From NCBI GenBank assembly GCA_011364925.1, contig RDOA01000007.1, positions 32,001 through 96,000 of the forward strand: a DNA stretch of 64,000 nt, given 5' to 3'. Source of the DNA: Promethearchaeota archaeon (GTDB taxonomy: Archaea > Asgardarchaeota > Lokiarchaeia > Sigyniarchaeales > SOKP01). The position numbers and the translations under genes were made by a program. Positions within the stretch are counted from its first letter, which is position 1; each line of letters opens with the position of its first letter. Shown one piece after another: positions 30,148-37,597 of the stretch. The notes beneath the pieces are model-generated. The model saw only the letters and a list, made by a program, of their open reading frames with translations, had not been told where the DNA came from and searched no databases.

Positions 30148-30933
30148 CTATCCTTTAACTGCTCCCGCCATTAGACCTTGCATTAGATATTTTCCTAATA
30201 ATACAAAAATTATAATAACTGGTAGTGAATAGAGAAACGATCCTGCCATTACATTATTCCATGCCGTTTCTGTACTCCCTGCTATATTGGAAAGTGCAAA
30301 TGAAGCAGGTTCAAAATTTATATTTGTTAATGTTAATGCAAATAGATAATCATTCCAAATGCTAGTAAATTGAAATACTCCTGCGACGACGAATGGTAAT
30401 GGAGATAATGGTAAAATAATTCGTTGATAAATTGTCATAATTCCTGCTCCATCAACTTTTGCCGCCTTAAAAAGACTTTCTGGAATGGATTCATAATAAC
30501 TTCTAAATAGAAGAGTAGTCATCGGTATTCCGTAGATAGTATGAACTAAAACCATGACCCATAGTGAATCATATATCCCTAGATTTCTTATTGTGATAAA
30601 AAGAGGAATTATAATGGATTGATAAGGTAGGAAGATTCCTATTGTTAATAGTAAAAATACTGTGTTTGATCCTCTAAATTTTAACTTTGCCACTACAAAT
30701 CCACAAATCGATCCGAGTAAACAAGATAAGATTGTAGCAATAGAAGTAAACAGTATAGAATTAAATAAGGGTCCTATTAATTCGTTATAGGATGCTATAA
30801 AACCATCAAATACTAAAGTGGTTGGTGGTGCGAAAGGTAAAGTCTGTGCTAAATCTGCTTGAGTCTTAAGGGCAGACATAATACCTGACCATAATGGTAA
30901 AATCATTATTATCGCAATTATTATTAAAATCAA
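30148..30933 (-). CDS. Carbohydrate ABC transporter permease (MalG-like); true start may be up to ~36 nt upstream
   Basis: EAA-like loop IPESLFKAAKVDGA, WNDY, GLMAGAVKG. Confidence 0.92.
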   Translation of the reverse strand: MILIIIAIIMILPLWSGIMSALKTQADLAQTLPFAPPTTLVFDGFIASYNELIGPLFNSILFTSIATILSCLLGSICGFVVAKLKFRGSNTVFLLLTIGIFLPYQSIIIPLFITIRNLGIYDSLWVMVLVHTIYGIPMTTLLFRSYYESIPESLFKAAKVDGAGIMTIYQRIILPLSPLPFVVAGVFQFTSIWNDYLFALTLTNINFEPASFALSNIAGSTETAWNNVMAGSFLYSLPVIIIFVLLGKYLMQGLMAGAVKG

Positions 30934-31069
30934 GTAAAGGATCGAATGTTTTGTTAACGTCGCAATAATAAAATTAAGTTAAATTAGAGATAGAATATTA
31001 GAACAAAGAAATTAAATTATATTTTTTTTAAAAGAAATTATTAATAACAAAAATAAATAAAAAAATGAA

Positions 31070-32257
31070 TTAAATAATATCTAACTTCTTTCCAACTTTC
31101 TCTATTGCGTTTAAAGCCATGTTTAAATCGTCTTTTGTTAACAAAGCATTCATTTGAACACGAATTCTTGATAATTCTCTCGCAACCATAGGGAAAACTA
31201 TTGGAGTTCCATAAATGCCTTCATCTTCGAAAAGAACTCTTGCCAATTCTTGCGCTTTCCCAGGATCTCCAATAATCAAGGGAATTATAGGAGTTGATGA
31301 GTTTCCAGTATCATATCCCATACTTTGAACTTCTTTCTTAAAATAATTAGTATTCTCCCAGACTCTTTTTACATGTTGAGGTTCAGTTTCAACTACATCA
31401 ATCGAAGCAATGTTAGCGGCTACTACACCTGGAGGATGTGCTGTACTAAGTAAATAAGTTCTACTTTTATTTGCGCAAAATTCGATTAAATCTTTTGAGC
31501 CAGCAACAGTCCCTCCGAACACTCCAAAACCTTTACTCATCGATCCACCTTCTACATGAACTTTCCCTTGTAGATTAAAATGAGCAACTATACCACGCCC
31601 TTCCCCAAGTACACCTTCCCCGTGGCAATCATCTACAAAAATCATGGCTCCAAATTCCTCTGCAACTTGTGCGATACCGTCTAATGGAGCCATATCTCCA
31701 TCCATTGAGAAAACTCCATCAGTGATAATACAAATTCTACGAGCACTTTCCTTTTCCGCTTCTTTTAGTTGATTTTCTAAGTCTCCAACATCGGTGTGTT
31801 TATAAATAATTCTTTTTGCTCCAGATAACCTAACACCATCGATTATTGACCCGTGATTTAATTCGTCTGAAACCACAATATCGGGTTTTCCAACTAACAT
31901 AGGAATTAACCCAGAATTAACAGCAAAACCGGTCTGGCATAAAAGCGATGCCTCAACCTCTTTAAATTTCGCAAATCTTTCTTGAAATTCTTTTGTTAAG
32001 TTAAAACTTCCAGCGATAACTGGAACTGCCCCAGCTCCAGCACCGTATTTTTTAGTTGCGTCTATTGTTGCTTGTATAATTTTTGGATGTGTTGCCAATC
32101 CAAGATAATTATTAGTGTTTAGCATTAAGACTTCCTTGCCATCTACAATGGAATGAGGTTTAGAACCTTCTTCTAAGTATCTAATAATCCACTCAAGGTT
32201 ATTGTTTCTTAATTCTGTCATATCTTCTTTAAGAAAAGCAACCGGATCTCTTTTCAT
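31070..32257 (-). CDS. kbl: Glycine C-acetyltransferase (2-amino-3-ketobutyrate CoA ligase)
   Basis: NNYLGLA, SDELNHGSIIDG, TDGVFSMDG, DDCHGEG, SKGFG; divergent from an SDR threonine dehydrogenase. Confidence 0.85.
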   Translation of the reverse strand: MKRDPVAFLKEDMTELRNNNLEWIIRYLEEGSKPHSIVDGKEVLMLNTNNYLGLATHPKIIQATIDATKKYGAGAGAVPVIAGSFNLTKEFQERFAKFKEVEASLLCQTGFAVNSGLIPMLVGKPDIVVSDELNHGSIIDGVRLSGAKRIIYKHTDVGDLENQLKEAEKESARRICIITDGVFSMDGDMAPLDGIAQVAEEFGAMIFVDDCHGEGVLGEGRGIVAHFNLQGKVHVEGGSMSKGFGVFGGTVAGSKDLIEFCANKSRTYLLSTAHPPGVVAANIASIDVVETEPQHVKRVWENTNYFKKEVQSMGYDTGNSSTPIIPLIIGDPGKAQELARVLFEDEGIYGTPIVFPMVARELSRIRVQMNALLTKDDLNMALNAIEKVGKKLDII

Positions 32258-32432
32258 AAAATCACCTTATCTTTTTGAAACATATGTGTAAATTAATACT
32301 TTAAGTGTATATAGAAACCTATATTAGTTTTTCCTATAATAATTATAGGGGTTAAAAGTGGGAGAAATTTGGATAAACCTTTTTTAATTGGTTGAATTAT
32401 GAATGTCACTATATTTATGAGCTTAAGAATTG

Positions 32433-33386
32433 ATGAAATTGAATAGAAAAATACTTGTAATAGGTTCAGCGGGGCAAATAGGATCTGAATTAGTACCCGC
32501 GTTAAGAGAGAAATACGGTGGAAACAATGTTATAGCAACTGGTAGAAGGACTCCACTTCCCGACACTATTAAAAATTCTGGACCAGTGATTTATCTCGAT
32601 GCGTTGGATAAAGATTCATTAGCAAAGGTTATCTTTGAGTATGAAATTGATACAATTTTTCATATGGCTTCAATTTTATCAGCAACTGGAGAAAAAATGC
32701 CTCAAACGGCGTGGAATATCAACTTGAATGGTTTAATCAATGTCCTTGAAGTTGCGAGAAGTTATAAAATTGATCGCGTCATTTGGCCGAGTTCAATTGC
32801 TTCTTTTGGTCCTACGACTCCTCGAGAAAATACACCTAACACTACGGTGTTACAACCGACTACGATGTATGGTATAACCAAAGTAGCTGGTGAACTCTTA
32901 GCAGAATATTACTACAATAAATACCAGCTCGACGTTAGGTCAATGAGACTACCCGGGATCATAAGTAGCGAAACATTACCTGGTGGGGGAACAACAGATT
33001 ACGCTGTTGAGATATTCTACGAAGCCATTAAAAAGAAAAGATACACATGTTTCTTAAGAGAAGATACGGTGTTACCTATGTTGTACATGCCAGATTGCAA
33101 TAAGTGTATGATGGATTTATTAGAAGCAGATAATTCGAAATTAAAAAGACGCGTGTACAATTTAACTGGTATCAGTTTTTCCGCGGGTGAGATCGCTGCA
33201 GAGATTAGAAAACATATTCCTGAATTTGAGATCGAGTATAAACCAGATTTTAGACAGGCGATAGCAGATTCTTGGCCTAAAACGATTGATGACTCTCCCG
33301 CACGGGAAGAATGGGGTTGGAATCCTGAATACGACCTTGAAGCTATGACAAAAGATATGATCGAAATTCTAAGTAAAAGACTATAA
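32433..33386 (+). CDS. tdh: L-threonine 3-dehydrogenase (SDR/epimerase type)
   Basis: GSAGQIG, ILSATGE, YGITK, PGGGTTDYAV, RQAIADSWP. Confidence 0.88.
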   Translation: MKLNRKILVIGSAGQIGSELVPALREKYGGNNVIATGRRTPLPDTIKNSGPVIYLDALDKDSLAKVIFEYEIDTIFHMASILSATGEKMPQTAWNINLNGLINVLEVARSYKIDRVIWPSSIASFGPTTPRENTPNTTVLQPTTMYGITKVAGELLAEYYYNKYQLDVRSMRLPGIISSETLPGGGTTDYAVEIFYEAIKKKRYTCFLREDTVLPMLYMPDCNKCMMDLLEADNSKLKRRVYNLTGISFSAGEIAAEIRKHIPEFEIEYKPDFRQAIADSWPKTIDDSPAREEWGWNPEYDLEAMTKDMIEILSKRL

Positions 33387-33454
33387 AAGTTAAAAACCAT
33401 AATTCCCAATTTCTTTTTGTATTTCAAAATTAATCTGAATTAGTGTGATTTTAG

Positions 33455-34225
33455 ATGAAAATTGTATTTCACGAGCGGTACTTTAATTCGAGTTATGCGA
33501 TGGATCCAGCAGCGTCCCAAGGACGCCTAGAAGGCATTATAGAGACATTGTCAGGTAAGAGTGAGTTTGAATTTATCGAACCAAAACCAGCAACAAAAGA
33601 AGATATTTTAAGAGTTCACTCGGAAAGACACTACAACTATGTCCACCGGGATACTTTATTGTATGAGTTAGCCTCACTTGCTGCAGGGGGAGCAATTTTA
33701 GCGGCTGAAGAAGCTTACGAAGGCAATCCAACTTTTGCTGTTATCCGACCTCCGGGGCATCACGCGTCAGCAGATTCGTGTTGGGGCTTTTGTTATTTCA
33801 ATAATATCAGTATTAGTTTACTTAAACTATACGCGGAAGGAAAAATCAAATCTGCGTTTGTACTCGATTTTGATCTGCATACTGGGGATGGGAACATCAA
33901 TATCTTAACATTCAGAAGTGATAATTTACGTGTCAAAATACTCAATCCTGAATCTAATGATAACTCAAAATATATTAAAGAAGTCAAAACTTACATGGAA
34001 GATTTAAAAGATATTGATATTTTTGTAGCCTCAGCGGGATTTGATCAAGCAATTGAAGATTGGGGGAACCTATTATACCCTGAGGATTATAGAGAGTTAG
34101 GAAACTTAATGAAAATATACTCAAATAAATTAAGCAAAGGGAGGAGATACGCACTCTTAGAGGGTGGTTACAATCACGATGTTCTTCCCATTAATGTTAA
34201 CTCTTTCATTCAAGGTTTTAAATAA
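33455..34225 (+). CDS. Histone deacetylase family (Zn-dependent) protein
   Basis: RPPGHHA, GFCYFNN, DFDLHTGDG, SAGFD, LEGGY. Confidence 0.93.
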   Translation: MKIVFHERYFNSSYAMDPAASQGRLEGIIETLSGKSEFEFIEPKPATKEDILRVHSERHYNYVHRDTLLYELASLAAGGAILAAEEAYEGNPTFAVIRPPGHHASADSCWGFCYFNNISISLLKLYAEGKIKSAFVLDFDLHTGDGNINILTFRSDNLRVKILNPESNDNSKYIKEVKTYMEDLKDIDIFVASAGFDQAIEDWGNLLYPEDYRELGNLMKIYSNKLSKGRRYALLEGGYNHDVLPINVNSFIQGFK

Positions 34226-34444
34226 CCATAGGTATTATTTTTTCTTTGTTTATTGATTTTGTACTCATTTACGCCTTTATTTAGATTTTTTACGAAAGAG
34301 GGATTTTTGACAGAGAAGTACATATTGAACACTCTAAGGATCTCTGATATTTAAAATATTCCAAGGATTAATCTGTAAAATTGGGTGCTTTAACTTAAAT
34401 CCTTTTTTTTTGATATTTAAAATACAGTGGATTAGACAACAATT

Positions 34445-36886
34445 TCATGTGTTTTCTAGATCTTGTCCGCAATATACGCAAAACTTGTAAGTGGGTTGGA
34501 CCGGAATTCCACAGTTTGGACAAAAGTTACTTTTTTCTTCTTTTATAGTGCTTTTATCATCGATAGGAAATCTATCGCGAAGGTTTATCCTAGGTTCATG
34601 ACGAATAAATATCTTTTTTCTGAAAACAATCAAAATGATTGCTAGCAGTGCTACTATCCCAATTCCTATACTAATTAAAATATAGGGAATTAAGAAGGGT
34701 TTTATAGGAATTAATGGTGGTATCGGTGGTTCTTGGATATTGATTGCAAAATACATCAAATCGGAAGTAATAGATTGTCCCATAGATGATATTCCACTTA
34801 GAATCAATGAATGAACGCCATTTTCGGGAATAGGAATAACTTGATTTCCGGAAATTGATACGTTATAACCACCATCTAAAGAATAACCTACCCAGTTTAA
34901 AGTTGTTGTGCTTGTATAGCTTATTAATATACCCTCTTTTTGATTATCTCCCAAGACATAATCAAGGTCTTGACTCTCTCCTATTGCATCAATCCAAAAA
35001 CCACTTGTAGAAGCAGAAGATGTGAAAATTCTAATTCGTTCTATAGAATTACCTACATTTCGAAAATTAATCGGTCCAGAATCAAAACCATCTATAATGA
35101 GTTTAAATTGATTTTCATTCAATCCTTGATAAGCTGGTGCACCAAGTCCTCTAAAGTGAATCGTTAAATGATACCAAGTATTATCTTGAGGATCATAAAC
35201 ACTATCAAATGTAGGAATTGGAATTAAATCTACACCATTATAATATTTCCACTTATAAAAATCTAAACTTATGTGAATTAGAGGAAGATAAGTATCATCA
35301 TCCCACCATTGTATTGCTATCCCATCTGAAGCATCTTCAGCGTATAACCAAAATTCAGTGAATCCATAATCGAGATCTGTAAAATTGTAGTTTAATCTAA
35401 CTCTTCCAGAACTACTCTCATCATCAATATGAACGACTTTATTATGGCCAGATTTTTCAGAAACTACAAACGCATGGCAATTCGAATCTGAAGGAAGGTC
35501 ATCCATATTAAAAGGTAATAATCCATCCTCCGTGTCTTCAAATCCTGTCGTTCCAACATAATATCCGACCATAGGTTCATAGTATGTTTTATTTTCAGGA
35601 TTGATAATATTGATATTGTCTATTGGGGATTGTGGCGTATAGTCATACTTTAAGGTAAGAATATCTTCTACCCCAGCACCTACGCTTGTTGATCCTCCAA
35701 CAGCGTAAATATTTAACTCAGAATCGTAGGTAAGGCTACGTATAGCCTCGACACCTGTGTCACCCCACGATTTATACCAATTTAAGTTCCCTGATGTATC
35801 ATAATTAAGTAAAATACAATCCCCATTTGTAGATACTCCGTGAGTTGAAGTATATCCACCAATAAACAATTCATCATTCGGCAGAATAGTCATTGACCAC
35901 CAGCTATTTCCATACACACCACTACTTCCAAAAGTTCGATACCATTGATAATTACCGTTTTTGTCGTATTTGAGCAGTAAACCTTTCATACTGCTAGCTG
36001 GGTGCCCAAAAGTGTAACCTGTGAGATAGATGTTGTTATTAGAATCAATAGCTAAGGCTCTACCTCTTTGAGTCCAGTCAGCGTCCCAATCTTCTGCCCA
36101 TTGAAGAATACCTGAGGAATCATACTTCAAAATATAATTATCATACTCTCCTGAAGATGGATCCATACTATCAGAATGACCAGCTACATATATATAGCCT
36201 TCTGAATCGATTTCGACATCCTCAGTCTCTTCAGCGAGGCTACCTCCCCATGTGTTATTCCAAATCTGATTAAGCGAACTATTAAATTTTATGAGAACCG
36301 AATCTCCATCGGTATCACCAAAGCTTTTAGTTTTTCCAGCCACATAGAGATTTCCCGTTGAGTCTCCAACTATTCCGCGAGCTTCATCCAGATCGTTACC
36401 ACCCCATGTTATATTAGATTGATAATTACCTAAATTATCAAATTTTACAACACATAAGTCCCCGTAAGGATCTCCCGCATTAATAGTATACCCTGCGATA
36501 TATATATTATTTAGTATATCGATAGTAAGGCAATTTGCGACATCATTATCAGGTCCACCCCACGTACGAACCCATTGTTCTACTCCGGAAGTGTTATATT
36601 TTATTAAAGTCATATCGGTATTTCCAGAATTATTTACATTAGTATATCCGCAAACATACAGAAAATTGTCAGAACCAATTACTGCACCAAAACCATAATC
36701 TTCATATGACGATCCCCAATCTTTATACCAGTCAAAAACATATTCACTTGATAAACTGGTAGTATTAGGGTACTTGTCCAATTCAATAGAAGTCGAACAA
36801 TTACTAATAGACATTGAATTGATTAGGAAATACAAGACAAATAAGATACTTATGAAACAAAATTTTTTTCGAGCGATTTTACGCAT
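34445..36886 (-). CDS. Cell-surface protein: SBBP-type beta-propeller repeats, LamG/ConA-like domain, TM helix, cytoplasmic zinc ribbon
   Basis: Repeats of DxxxNIYxxG...KYxxSG..QW..WGG; Pro-rich linker; TM; CPNCG..CVYCG; likely start MRKIARKK at 36886. Confidence 0.88.
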   Translation of the reverse strand: MRKIARKKFCFISILFVLYFLINSMSISNCSTSIELDKYPNTTSLSSEYVFDWYKDWGSSYEDYGFGAVIGSDNFLYVCGYTNVNNSGNTDMTLIKYNTSGVEQWVRTWGGPDNDVANCLTIDILNNIYIAGYTINAGDPYGDLCVVKFDNLGNYQSNITWGGNDLDEARGIVGDSTGNLYVAGKTKSFGDTDGDSVLIKFNSSLNQIWNNTWGGSLAEETEDVEIDSEGYIYVAGHSDSMDPSSGEYDNYILKYDSSGILQWAEDWDADWTQRGRALAIDSNNNIYLTGYTFGHPASSMKGLLLKYDKNGNYQWYRTFGSSGVYGNSWWSMTILPNDELFIGGYTSTHGVSTNGDCILLNYDTSGNLNWYKSWGDTGVEAIRSLTYDSELNIYAVGGSTSVGAGVEDILTLKYDYTPQSPIDNINIINPENKTYYEPMVGYYVGTTGFEDTEDGLLPFNMDDLPSDSNCHAFVVSEKSGHNKVVHIDDESSSGRVRLNYNFTDLDYGFTEFWLYAEDASDGIAIQWWDDDTYLPLIHISLDFYKWKYYNGVDLIPIPTFDSVYDPQDNTWYHLTIHFRGLGAPAYQGLNENQFKLIIDGFDSGPINFRNVGNSIERIRIFTSSASTSGFWIDAIGESQDLDYVLGDNQKEGILISYTSTTTLNWVGYSLDGGYNVSISGNQVIPIPENGVHSLILSGISSMGQSITSDLMYFAINIQEPPIPPLIPIKPFLIPYILISIGIGIVALLAIILIVFRKKIFIRHEPRINLRDRFPIDDKSTIKEEKSNFCPNCGIPVQPTYKFCVYCGQDLENT

Positions 36887-36999
36887 TCTAAATCTTGCAG
36901 CAAGATTTCTGTTTATTACTATCAAATAGATGTGGAACAATATAAATCTAACTCTCCAATATAGATATCATATTCGTCCTCTAGGAGTTTTTGCGAAAA

Positions 37000-37382
37000 T
37001 TCTAGATTTAAAACCACTGAGACAAATTTTATATAACGGTATAAATTCAAATTTTCAAGAATAAAACGAGGTCCTATAAATTGAAAGATCCTATTATTCA
37101 GACTTTTAGTTTGACTAAAGTTTTTAAGGACGTTACAGCGGTTAAGAATTTAAACTTAAAAGTCTAGGGGGGAATATATGGACTACTGGGACTTAATGGA
37201 GCGGGAAAAACGACCACGATAAAAATGATGGTCGGTTCGGTGTTTCAGATGTCTATCCAAGATACTAAGAGAAAGATAAGTGAACTCCTTAAGCTTGTAG
37301 AATTAAATGATGCGAAATCACGCATAATCGCAAAGTATTCTGCTGGTATGAGACAAAGGATTGGTATTGCTCAGGCGTTAAT
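37000..37382 (+). pseudogene. Truncated copy of the ABC ATPase gene at 40735, including its upstream promoter region
   Basis: Collinear with 40654-41189; TTG at 37081, premature TAG at 37165, 153-bp internal deletion (40888-41040 equivalent). Confidence 0.92.
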
Positions 37383-37449
37383 TAGAAGGAGGTATAATCA
37401 CGATGTCCTTCCTAACAATGTGAACTCTTTCTGTCAAGGTTTCAAATAG
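37382..37449 (+). pseudogene. Duplicated 3' end of the HDAC-family gene
   Basis: Encodes YNHDVLPNNVNSFCQGFK* versus YNHDVLPINVNSFIQGFK* at 34157-34225. Confidence 0.9.
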
Positions 37450-37597
37450 GGATCGTTGTTAACATCTCTATAATAAATCAACCTTTCTATTTATTGTTAT
37501 TTGACAGAAAAGTATAAATATTCTGCTTCAAGTATTAACTGTAGGATGGTTTTTACGAAATCCTATCTATCGAAAATAACAATCTAAAGGTATAATT

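Noticed and set aside
33455-34225. HDAC plus SET as a histone-modification system
   Set aside because: The genes are 26 kb apart, both are of common prokaryotic types, and no histone gene is in the window.
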